Shown here: positions 25,268 to 35,158 of the stretch, piece after piece
Layout of the letters: every line of letters begins with the position of its first letter
How positions within the stretch are numbered: the stretch's first letter is position 1
Source: an uncultured Candidatus Rokubacteria bacterium
GTDB lineage: Bacteria; Methylomirabilota; Methylomirabilia; Rokubacteriales; CSP1-6
Assembly (NCBI GenBank): GCA_963789955.1
Contig: CAWBMV010000001.1
Coordinates: 672,001-736,000, forward strand
DNA length: 64,000 bases
Direction of reading: 5' to 3'
Program-made: the position numbers and the translations under genes
Notes under the pieces: model-generated
The model's input: only the letters and a program-made list of their open reading frames with translations
What the model was told of the DNA's origin: nothing
Database searches by the model: none

Positions 25268-25269
25268 GC

Positions 25270-26082
25270 ATGCGGGTTCGGACCCTCATCGGCCTCGCGG
25301 TGCTGGCCGCGCTCGCCGCCGTCGCGTCGAACGCCGCCGCCGGGATGGCCGATCGTGTCGGGGCGACCTTCGCGCTCATGGTCGACGACGTCAGCAAGGC
25401 GTTCAGCCCCCTCGAGGGCCTCGTGATCAACATCGAAGGAAACACGATCTACCTCGACATCGGCGAGAGCGGGGGCGCCCAGGTCGGTCAGGAGTTCACC
25501 ATCTTCCGCAAGGGCGAGGAGTTTTTTCACCCGATCACACGGAAGGTGCTCGGCCGGTACGAAGACGTTCTCGGCTACGCCCAGATCCGCACGGTGCAGC
25601 CCCGATTCTCGGAGGCGCTCTACGTCCCGATCGAGGGCAAACCGCTGCCGCAGGCCGACGACGGCGTCAGGATCACACGTGGGCGAATCAAGGTCGCGAT
25701 CACGCCGGTGCTCGACCTGACGGAAGCGAAGGACAAGCCGGACCTGCGCCGCGTCCCCTATCTCCTGGCGATCGCGCTCGAGGGCTCGAAGCGCTTCCAG
25801 GTGGTCGATCCCCTCACGGTGAGTGACCTCTTCGCGAACGGCGGCGCCCACGTTCAGGAAATCCTGGCCATTCAGGACCGGGCCGTTCGGGTGTCGAAGA
25901 AGCTCGAGGTGTCGGGTTGGGTCGTGCCGGTCCTGATCCAGCGACGGGGCATCGTGTATCTCGACGCGACCTGGATCTCGGCCGTCACGGGCACGGCCCT
26001 GTTCTCCCGCCGTGCGCCGCTGCTGCCGCCGGCCGCCGCGGAAGAGCAGCGCTTCCCGTGGGAACCTGCCAGCGAAGACTGA
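25270..26082 (+). CDS. Exported hypothetical protein with FlgT-C-terminal-like beta domain
   Basis: Signal peptide; IYLDIG..GAQVGQEFTIFR..HPITRKVLG. Confidence 0.7.
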   Translation: MRVRTLIGLAVLAALAAVASNAAAGMADRVGATFALMVDDVSKAFSPLEGLVINIEGNTIYLDIGESGGAQVGQEFTIFRKGEEFFHPITRKVLGRYEDVLGYAQIRTVQPRFSEALYVPIEGKPLPQADDGVRITRGRIKVAITPVLDLTEAKDKPDLRRVPYLLAIALEGSKRFQVVDPLTVSDLFANGGAHVQEILAIQDRAVRVSKKLEVSGWVVPVLIQRRGIVYLDATWISAVTGTALFSRRAPLLPPAAAEEQRFPWEPASED

Positions 26083-26122
26083 TGTCTTGCCCGCTTCACC
26101 CTGCTATGGTATGGGCGGCATC

Positions 26123-26843
26123 ATGACCGTGCGACGCTTCGCGCTGCTCACCGTTGTCGTCGCCGTGACGGCGTTCGGCTGTTCGACGGCAAAAAACGTC
26201 ATCGGTGTCCCCACCGCCGGTGATCCGTCCGTCACGATCAAGTCGGCCGAGACCAGATGGCTCCTGATCAAGAATCCGAGATTCGGCGACGTGCCGAGCG
26301 AGCCTGAATACGTCTGGGTCGAGGAGGACAAGACGCCGATCACCTTCGGCACCGTGGTGTTCGGCAAGGGCTCGATCATCGCGCCGCCTGAAATCGTGGC
26401 CCGGTACGGTGCACCCCCCGGCGGCGGGAAGATCAGCGCGCGTCAGAACATGCCGACCCAGACGCCGACAACGGCTGGAACATCGGCGCCCGCTCAGCCG
26501 GCGTCAGGCCCCACGGCGCGCGGCCCGGCCCCTGCACCCGCTCACACGAACGGCAAGGCGCCGGGAAGGTCCGAAGAGGGGATTCGTCGTCTACGTGGAT
26601 ACGACCCGCATCGTGATCGATCTGACCTCTGCCGACGGGATCCGGGCCGGCACGCTCGTGAGCCTGCGGCGCGACGCGATCCCGCTCGTCCATCCCGTGA
26701 CCGGCGAGGTCCTCGGTGAGCTCGACGAGGAAGTGGGCACGGCGCGCGTCACCGAGATGCGCGAGCGGTTCTCGGTCGCAGATGTTCAAACGGTGGCCCC
26801 AGGCGCGCGGATCCAGATCAAGGATCGCGTCGTCCCGAAATAG
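26123..26843 (+). CDS. Lipoprotein with Pro/Thr linker and C-terminal FlgT-C-like domain (frameshift ~26565)
   Basis: Lipobox AFGC; IVIDL..GIRAG..HPVTGEVLG..IKDRV in the shifted frame. Confidence 0.65.
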
Positions 26844-26849
26844 TCGCTC

Positions 26850-27848
26850 GTGGCCACGCCCACCCTCGAGCGGGTCCTGAAGGAGCGGGTCGCCGGGCTT
26901 GTCGGCGCCGATCTGGAGCGTGTCGAGGCCGAGATCCGCCGCGAGCTCGACTCTCCCGTCGCGTTGATCCAGGAGATGGGTGGGTACATCGCGGGCGCCG
27001 GCGGCAAGCGCCTTCGCCCCATGCTCCTCTTGCTGGCGGCGCGCCTGGCGGGCTACGTCGGGCCGCGTGGTGTGCGGCTGGCCTGCGTGGTCGAGCTACT
27101 CCACACCGCGACGCTCATCCACGACGACGTCGTCGACCAGGCGCCGCTGCGACGCGGCCGGCCGTCGGCGAACGCCCAGTGGGGTGACGACGCCTCAGTC
27201 CTGGTGGGCGACCACCTGTACTCCAAGTCGTTCGCGATGCTCGTGCGAGACAACGATCGCGCCGTGATGGAGACCTTGGCGCGCTCGACGGTCTCGATGA
27301 CCGAGGCCGAGGTCTTCCAGCTCGAGCTCAAGCGGACGGGGGTCACCACCGAGGCGGACTACCTTCGGATCATCACCCAGAAGACCGCTTCGTTCATGTC
27401 GGCGTGCTGCCGCATCGGCGCGCTCCTGGGCGGGGTTCCGGCCGGGCAGGTCGACGCCCTCACGCAATACGGCCTGGACATCGGTGTCGCGTTCCAGATC
27501 TCGGACGACTCCCTCGACTTCGTCGCGAACCAGGATCGGCTCGGCAAAGCGATCGGCGCCGACCTGCGCGAGGGCAAGCGGACCTTGCCGCTCATCGCGA
27601 TGCTCGCCCGCGCGACCCCGGCGGAGTCCGAGCGCGTGAAGAGCCTGCTCAAGCGTCACGACCTCGATGCGGAGGAGATCGACGAGATCCGGCGTTACGT
27701 CGTCGATCACGAGGGCGTCGAGTACGCGCTGGCCCAGGCTCACGAATACGCGCGGTCGGCGAAGGCCGCACTGGCCGCTTTCAACCCGTCCGAGGAGCGC
27801 GAAACGCTGGCCCTGGTCGCGGATTTCGTGGTCGACCGCGATCGCTGA
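26850..27848 (+). CDS. Long-chain polyprenyl diphosphate synthase (IspB/HepT-like)
   Basis: GGKRLRP, LIHDDVVD..RRG, QISDDSLD, DLREGKRT. Confidence 0.92.
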   Translation: MATPTLERVLKERVAGLVGADLERVEAEIRRELDSPVALIQEMGGYIAGAGGKRLRPMLLLLAARLAGYVGPRGVRLACVVELLHTATLIHDDVVDQAPLRRGRPSANAQWGDDASVLVGDHLYSKSFAMLVRDNDRAVMETLARSTVSMTEAEVFQLELKRTGVTTEADYLRIITQKTASFMSACCRIGALLGGVPAGQVDALTQYGLDIGVAFQISDDSLDFVANQDRLGKAIGADLREGKRTLPLIAMLARATPAESERVKSLLKRHDLDAEEIDEIRRYVVDHEGVEYALAQAHEYARSAKAALAAFNPSEERETLALVADFVVDRDR

Positions 27849-27849
27849 C

Positions 27850-28656
27850 GTGGCCGTCATCACGCTGACGACCGACTTCGGCACGCGTGATCCCTATGTG
27901 GCCGAGATGAAGGGCGTGATCCTCTCGATTACCCGTGACGTGCATGTGGTCGACATCACCCACGAGGTCGCCCCGCACGACGTCCTGGAAGGCGCCCTGG
28001 CCCTGGAAGCCGCGGCGCCGCGGTTTCCGGCCGCTACGATCCATGTGGCGGTGGTCGATCCCGGGGTCGGCACCGCCCGCCGGGCGCTGGCGGTCGCCGC
28101 GCGCGACCAGATGTTCGTCGGACCGGACAACGGGCTGTTCACGCCCTTCCTGGATGACCCGCGCTTGCGCGCGTTCGAGCTCAGCGCCGCCGAGTTTCGC
28201 GGGACCGCCGTCAGCCGCACGTTTCACGGGCGCGACATCTTCGCGCCGGCGGCCGCCCACCTCGCGCGGGGTATCGAGCCGGCGCGCCTCGGATCGCTCG
28301 TGACCGATCCGGTCCGCCTGGCGTGGCCGGAGGTTCGCGTGAGTGAGGGCCGGGTTGGCGGAGCCGTGGTTCATGTCGACCGCTTCGGCAACCTGGTGAC
28401 CTCGATCCACGCCGACGCGATCGCCTCGCTCGGGTCGGGCGTGGCGGTCCGCGTCGCCGGCAAGTCGCTGCCGCTGGTGCGGACCTACGGCGACCTGGGG
28501 CGCGGCGAGCCGGGGGCGCTCGTGGGCTCGAGCAACCGGCTCGAGATCGCGGTCAATGCGGGAAGCGCCGCCAGGGCGCTCAAGGCCGGGCGGGGTACCG
28601 CGGTCGTGGTCAGTCGGACTTCGTCGGCGGAGCGGCGGGCGCGGAGGCGGACGTAG
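27850..28656 (+). CDS. SAM hydroxide adenosyltransferase (DUF62; halogenase superfamily)
   Basis: TLTTDFG, VVDPGVG, GPDNG, TFHGRDIF, VDRFGN, LEIAVN. Confidence 0.88.
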   Translation: MAVITLTTDFGTRDPYVAEMKGVILSITRDVHVVDITHEVAPHDVLEGALALEAAAPRFPAATIHVAVVDPGVGTARRALAVAARDQMFVGPDNGLFTPFLDDPRLRAFELSAAEFRGTAVSRTFHGRDIFAPAAAHLARGIEPARLGSLVTDPVRLAWPEVRVSEGRVGGAVVHVDRFGNLVTSIHADAIASLGSGVAVRVAGKSLPLVRTYGDLGRGEPGALVGSSNRLEIAVNAGSAARALKAGRGTAVVVSRTSSAERRARRRT

Positions 28657-28963
28657 AACCGTCGGTTCCCTTCGACGCCGGCTTGTCGGCGGGCTTGTCG
28701 CTCGACTTCTCCGAGGGCTTCTCCGACGCCTTGTCCGATGACTTCTCCGAGGATTTCTCGGATTTCAGGGCCTGTTTGCGAGATTCCGACGGATAGTCGG
28801 TGACGTACCACCCTGCGCCCTTCAGGATGAACGGGGCGGCCGAGAGGAGGCGGCGCACTTCACCGCCGCATACGTCGCACACCGTCAGCGCCGGCTCGGA
28901 GATGCGCTGGCGTATTTCGAAGACGCGTCTGCACTTGAGGCATTCATATTCGTAGGTAGGCAT
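28610..28963 (-). CDS. FmdB-family zinc-ribbon protein with S(E/D)K low-complexity tail
   Basis: MPTYEYECLKC..CDVC..KGAGWYVTDY. Confidence 0.88.
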   Translation of the reverse strand: MPTYEYECLKCRRVFEIRQRISEPALTVCDVCGGEVRRLLSAAPFILKGAGWYVTDYPSESRKQALKSEKSSEKSSDKASEKPSEKSSDKPADKPASKGTDGSTSASAPAAPPTKSD

Positions 28964-28987
28964 CTTGTTGAGGCTACATGGGGAGGA

Positions 28988-29690
28988 TTGATCGTGTCAA
29001 GAAGACACGGGATTTGGCTGACTCTATTTGTTCTCGGACTCTTGGTCGGATGCACCAACACGAAAGAAGCGGAGAAGCGGGCCGAAGTCCAGAAGCTCCA
29101 GGCGCGGGCCGCGTATGACCGCGCACTCAGCTACTTGAACGACAAACAGCCGGCGGGTGCGCTCGCCTCCCTTCAGGAGGCGATCAACGTCAACCCGGAG
29201 TCGCGCGCTCTATCGCGACACCCTCGGCGTGGTCTTGCTCGAGCTCGGACGCCCGGACATGGCGCTCGAGCACTTCAAGAAGGCCGTCGAGCTGAACCCC
29301 ATGTACGCCGATGCTCACTTCCACATGGGTACCGCGCTCGCCGAGTCGCGCCGCTGGGACGAGGCCGTCGCCAGCTACCGGAAGGCGCTGGAGCTTCCGA
29401 CCCTGACGATTCCCGAGACGGCGAATCAGAACCTCGGTCTGGCGCTGTATCACTTGAAGCAGTACCGAGAGGCCGAGCAGACGCTCCGCTTCGCGATCAG
29501 CCTCGATCCGAAGATGCAGACCGCCTACTACAACCTCGGACTCGTTTTCGTCGCTGAGAATCGGCGGGACGAGGCCAAGGCCGCCTTCCGTCAGGCTCGC
29601 CAGCTCGGCCCCGACTCGCCCGTCGGTCAGGCCGCCCTCGATCGGCTGAAAGCCCTGGGGGAGGGGGCCATAGCTCACGCATGTCCGTAA
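28988..29690 (+). CDS. TPR lipoprotein (PilF/PilW pilotin-like; frameshift ~29200)
   Basis: Lipobox LVGC and about five TPR repeats. Confidence 0.75.
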
Positions 29691-29800
29691 CGCGTAAGTA
29701 GCTGTTTTTACAGTCCAGATTTTGTTCTTGACCTTCATCCAACCAATGCAGTAAAAATTGCGCGGTGTGCAGGGGTTTGCCGTGCACACTTGATAACAGT

Positions 29801-30046
29801 CGTGACCACCCCGAGAGATTCCACGCAGGGCCTCGGTTCGGAGGCATCCGGATCGGGCGGCTCCAGGCGGTCTGTGGTCACGCACCTACGGCGACCTTCG
29901 TTCAGCAGTGCGCGGACTTCTAGAACAGGCGTCGCGCACGATGCGGTCGATCGGCGCCTCCGGCGCCGCGGGCGCGGAGTTGTTGGTGATGTCGGCGTTG
30001 AGTGCTGGCGCAGGCTTCGATGCTGCTCACCACCACTTGAGGAGGC
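29801..30046 (+). promoter_or_regulatory. Candidate structured 5' leader RNA of the porin gene
   Basis: Stems CGTGACCAC/GTGGTCACG, AGGCGTCG/CGGCGCCT, GGTGA..CGGCGTTGAG/TTCGATGCTG..TCACC, ending just before the GAGGAGG SD. Confidence 0.4.
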
Positions 30047-30050
30047 GGTA

Positions 30051-31738
30051 ATGAGGAGAAGTACTTCGTCATCGCAGTACTCGCCGTCGTCGCCCTCGCG
30101 ATGCTGGCCCCGTCTGTCTTCGCGCAGACGCCGCCGCCGGCGCCGAAGGTGACCATCACCGGCCTGTTCGACCAGGTCACGACGGCCGGCCGGAACTTCT
30201 ACGACGGTAACTACTCGCGCGACGGGGATCCGGAGTGGTACGCCCGCACTCGCTTCCGTCCGGACTTCGAGTTCGCGGTCGGGCGGACCAAGGCCGTGCT
30301 CGGTGTCGAGTTCGACTTCAATGTACGGTCAGGGCGGCTCGAACGACGGCGGCTTCCCGGGCAACAACAGCGGGCCAGGCTGGCGGCTTCGCGGGTGGTA
30401 CCAAGACGCGGTGCCACGGGCGGCGGTCTGGACCTCAACACCGACGTCGCCGGGCTGTTCGAGGTCAAGTGGATCTACACCGAGTTCGACCTGACCGGCA
30501 AAGACAGCCTCATGCCGTTCATCCCGTTCTTGACGGTGGCTCGGGCGGGCGCTCAGCCGTTCGGCACGATCGCCAACTACAAGGTGTACTACGCGAACGG
30601 CGACTTCGCGGGCCTGGACCTCTACTCGACGTTCACCCCGGACATCAAGAACCACTTCGCCTGGGTGATCGTCGAGGATTCGCTGGCCGGCAACAACCGG
30701 GCGGCGGCGACGACGCGGACGAACCGCGGCGAGGACTAGGCGTGGATCATCAGCCCCGAGTTCTCGCCGACCAAGGGGCTGGACCTGAAGCCGATGTTCT
30801 CGTGGTTCCACGCGGACGGTCTTACCGTCCTGGCAGCTCCCGGCGTAACGCGACCAATCTCCGGCACCATCGGCGGCGCGATGAACAGGGCGGCCGGCGC
30901 TACCGGCGGCGGCGCGCCGGCCGGCGACCAGGCCAACCAGGAAAATCGCTACACGGTCGGTCTGGACGCGCGCTGGCGCATCGGGGCGTTCGGTCTCGAC
31001 CCCACGATCGCCTACCAGTGGGGTAAGTACGACACGCAGGCGCAGAAGACGAACGGTACGGTCGGGAAGGTCGAGGGCGACGCCGCGGCCTGGCTGTTCG
31101 ACGTGATCGCGAGCTACCAGCTCGGTCCGCTCCTCCTCGAGATGCGCGGCATGTACACCCCTGGTAACAAGGCGCGGGACAACCTGTCCGACGAGCAAGC
31201 GATACTTCGAGCCGCTCGACCGGACACCGGTACTGGGCGGCGGCTGGCTCGGCATCCTCGGCCTCGGCGTCGACTACTTCAACGGCGGCGGCGGCGCCAA
31301 CCAGGGCATGGATACCGGCATCGGCTACGACCGCTACGGTCGCGCTCAGGTGGCATTCCGGGCAACGTACAGCATCACGCCGGCCTGGAGCGTGTACGGA
31401 GTCGTCTCTCCGGCGTGGACGGCGCGAGAAGGTCGACACGGACACCGGACGCCTGCGCGACCGCCGTCGCCGGGGCAGCGCGCAACGCGGGTTGCGCCGG
31501 GCGGGTGACCGTGGCCGGCGCCCGAGCTTCGTCGAGGGTGATTCCAAGCTACATCGGTACGGAAATCAACGGCGGATTCACCTGGCGGTTCGCGCCGAAC
31601 ACGGCGTTCGATCTGGCCGCTTACTACCTGTTCGCCGGGTCGGCGCTAGACACGACGGAAAACCTGACCGGCGTCATAACAAAGCGCGACGCGAGTGACG
31701 GTTACTACGCAGCGGCGCGCGTGAGGCTGTCCTTCTAG
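30051..31738 (+). CDS. Outer-membrane beta-barrel (porin-like) protein; several frameshifts and an in-frame TAG at 30737-30739
   Basis: Signal peptide ending VFA-Q, alternating beta-strand pattern rich in G/Y/W/F, C-terminal RVRLSF beta-signal, strong SD. Confidence 0.75.
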
Positions 31739-31762
31739 GTCAGCCTGAGCTCGTGAGTCACG

Positions 31763-31805
31763 ACGGGGCATGGGTGGCTGGATCGCCCATGCCCCGTTTC
31801 ATTTC
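31763..31805 (+). terminator. Intrinsic terminator after the porin gene
   Basis: ACGGGGCATGGGTG/CGCCCATGCCCCGT hairpin followed by TTCATTT. Confidence 0.8.
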
Positions 31806-31870
31806 CCCCATTCCTTGACTCTCCCTACCCCCTGGGCTAGCCTCGGGCTGATGCTGGCGTCAGTATCCGC

Positions 31871-33732
31871 ATGAGCCTGTCCGCGGCTCGTATCGTCGCC
31901 CTCGGTGCTCCTCGTCGCTCTCTGGGGTTCCGGGACGTCGGGAGCCCAGACCGCGCCGCCCACCCTCGGTGTGCTCGTCGATCAAGTTCAAGCGCTGTTC
32001 CCGAAGGTCGACGGTGAGGTGATCGAGGTCCAGAACGGCACGGTCACGCTCTGGCTCGGCAGTAAGGACGGCCTGGTCCCCGGCGTCGAGCTTGCCCTCT
32101 ACCGCCAGGGTCGCGAGCTCCGTCACCCGAAGACCGGCGAGGTCCTCGGGCCGGACGGAGCAGCAGCTCGGTCGCCTCTCGGTCCAGCAAGTGTCCGAGG
32201 CGTATTCGACCGGCACGGCGAGCCAGGGTAGCGAGGTGCAGCCCGGCGATCGAGCGCGGATCTCGGCCGGGAAGGTCAAGCTGAGCCTGGTGCCGCTCGT
32301 CGACCCGGGCGTCAGAGAAAATCTGGCCGATGCCGCGATCCACGAGATCATCGACGCCCTCAATCGGACCGGTCGTTTCCAGATCGGCCTGGGCGACGCC
32401 ATCGGCGGTGTGGATCAACCAGCAAGGCGTCAAGCGCGACGACGTACTGGCCGGCAAGGGGCTCGATGCTGGCGGCCGAGCGCTTCAAGGTCGACAACCT
32501 CCTGATCGTCGCGTTCTCGCGCGTCCAGAACAAGCCGTACATGGACGTCCGGCTGTTCAGCTTCCCCGGGGCGAGCTCGCGCCTGAACACGGCGCTCTTC
32601 GTGCCCGCGACGGTGAAGCCGGTGGCCAAGGGCGACTACTCGGCGGCCGGTAAGCAGCGCGACAGCCAGACGCCGAACCAGCAGCGCTCGTTCCTCGCTC
32701 GGCTCCTCTACGGGGAGCTCGATGCCGGCACGTATTCGAGCGGTGAGACCGCGATCCCGCTGAAAGAGGTCGCGAAGTTTCCGTTCATCATCGGGTCGAT
32801 GGACGTCGCCGTCGGATCGAAGGACCACGTCGCACGCATGGTCATCACCGACGGCACGAGCGTCTGGCTCTACCGGATCACGCCGGAGCGGGTGCTCGAG
32901 CCGGAATGGACGTACAAGACCGACAGCCGCGCGCGGGTCTTCAGCGTCCAGCTCGCCGAGCTGTCGAACGACGGCGCCGTGCACGTGCTGGTCAACCGCT
33001 ACAGCGCGATCCCCGCGATTCTCGTCAACTCGCTGATCCTGACGACCAAGGACCAGAAGGCGTTCGTCGCCGCCGAGGACGTGACGGACATCCTCCTTGC
33101 CGTCGACGTGAACGGCGATGGCGTGAAGAAGACGCTCTGGGGCCAGTCGTTCGCCCAGACGGGTTTCTTCAAGCAGGGCGACGCGACCCGGATGGCCCTG
33201 CGGGACGGCAAGCTCGTCTCCGAGGGCAAGGTCGCGGCGTCCCGAGCAACTTCAGGGCGACGGGCGCGACCTACAGCAACATCGCGGGCAAGGGCGTGCG
33301 GGCCCTGGCCTTCATCGACGAGTACAATCGACTGCGGATCGCGATCGACACCAGGATGTGTTCCGGACGTCGGCGCCGGTCGGGGCCGGCATGGGCAAGC
33401 TCGGTGTGGAGACGCAGATCGAGCGGGGCGGCCGGACCTACGTATACGCCCCGGAGCCGATGCCGCTTTCGGTAGATCTGGACGGCGACGGGATCGAAGA
33501 GATCATCGTGCCGCAGAATCAGATCCCTGGTCGGCTGGCCGTGATCTACAAGGGCCCGGCCGGGTACCGCTTCCAGACCGTCAACTCCGGCTTCGAGGGC
33601 ACGGTGATGGCCCTCGGCGCCGTGCCGGGTGAAGGCGGACCTCCGTCGCTGGTCGCCGCGGTGGTTCGCTACACGAACTTCCGCGAGACCGAGGGCGAGA
33701 CGCAGATCATCATGACGACCCCCTCGGAGTGA
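31871..33732 (+). CDS. Exported protein: N-terminal FlgT-C-like domain plus VCBS/FG-GAP-like repeats (multiple frameshifts)
   Basis: Signal peptide; GLVPGVEL..HPKTGEVLG; DVNGDG and DLDGDGIEEI repeats. Confidence 0.65.
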
Positions 33733-33851
33733 CCCCGGCACGCGTCCGTCCGTCAGCCTGATCCCGTTGCGCTTCGCCAGATGATTCCGCGTCACCAGAC
33801 CGCGCTCGCGAGAGCCTGCCCGTCGGCGTGCATCCGCGGATCGGAGCGGCC

Positions 33852-35158
33852 GTGAAGCTCGACACGGCGCCGCCGCGCGGAATGAAGGACGTGCTGCCGC
33901 CCGAGGTGGAGCTCAGGGACCGGGCGTCGGCCACGATCCTCGCCACGTACAAGCGCTATGGGTTCCGGCGCATCGAGACGCCGGCGCTCGAGAACTTGAA
34001 ACTCTTGCTGGGCAGCGGCGGCGGCGAGAACGAGAAGCTGATCTACAAGATCCTGAAGCGCGGCGCGAAGCTCGATACCGCGACGATGCACGGTGAAGAA
34101 GACCTCGCCGACCTCGGGCTGCGCTTCGATCTCACGGTGCCGCTCGCGCGGTACTACGCTCACAATCGGGCGACGTTGCCCGATCCGTTCAAGGCGATCC
34201 AGATCGGCCCGGTGTGGCGAGCCGAGCGGCCCCAGAAGGGCCGGTTCCGCCAGTTCACCCAGTGCGACATCGACGTCCTCGGCGTCGCCTCCGAGATCGC
34301 CGAGATCGAGCTGATCCTGGCCACCTCGCGCGGCGCTGATCGCGCTCGGCCTCGAGCGACCGCGGATCCGCGTGAACGATCGGCGCATCTTATCCGCGAT
34401 GGCCACCCACTGCGGCGTCGACGCGGCCCGCCACGGCGAGTTCTTCATCACCCTGGACAAGCTGGACAAGATCGGGCGTGACGGTGTGGAGCGCGAGCTG
34501 CGCGAGGCCGGCTACGACGACGGCGCGATCGGCAAGCTGTTCGATCTCGCCCTGTCGGCCGAGGACGGACCGGCCGACGCGAGACTCGAGCGTCTGGCGC
34601 GGCTCGTTCCCGCGGCCGCCGACGCCGCCGAGGGCCTGCGCACGATCGTGCGGGCTGTCGCGCGCGAAGCGGGCGATGCTACGACTCTGCAGTTCGACCC
34701 GAGCCTGGTGCGCGGCATGGGCTACTACACGGGTCCGATCTTCGAAGCCCTCTACGGCGCCGGCACGTCGGCGATCGCCGGGGGCGGCCGATACGATCGG
34801 ATGGTCGGTCGATTGCTCGGACACGACGTGCCGGCGTGCGGCTTCTCGATCGGGTTCGAGCGAGTGGTGTCGATCCTCGAGGAGCGAGAGGGGAGCCCGG
34901 GCGCCGAGCGTGACCGGATCGCGTGTCCTCTTCGATCGCGACGATCCGCTGAGCGACGTGGTCGCCTCCGCGAGCCGACTCCGTCAGGGAGAGCGCGTCG
35001 TGTCGCTGACCCTCAAGCGCAAGAACCTGGCGAAGCAGCTCGACGATCTGGCCGGTGAAGGGTTCGGCTCGTACGCCGTGCTGCGGCCTGGGCCCGACGC
35101 GCCGGAGATCAAGCCGCTCGCGCGGCGTGCCTCGAGTGGGGACCGCGCCGATGGCTAG
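33852..35158 (+). CDS. hisS: Histidyl-tRNA synthetase (frameshifts ~34330, ~34925)
   Basis: [51 protein letters not shown]. Confidence 0.93.

Noticed and set aside
27850..28656. Fluorinase/chlorinase
   Set aside because: The TFHGRD motif matches the DUF62 SAM-hydrolysing branch; there is no biosynthetic cluster context.
29728..29741. FNR/CRP-like site TTGAC-N4-ATCCA
   Set aside because: Only an 8/10 match, and equally explained as a -35 hexamer; not supportable alone.
30737..30739. Genome-wide TAG recoding
   Set aside because: TAG terminates many clear genes here (for example nuoA, nuoC, nuoK, hppA).
33733..33851. T-box or attenuator upstream of hisS
   Set aside because: No T-box consensus, His-codon leader or terminator visible.
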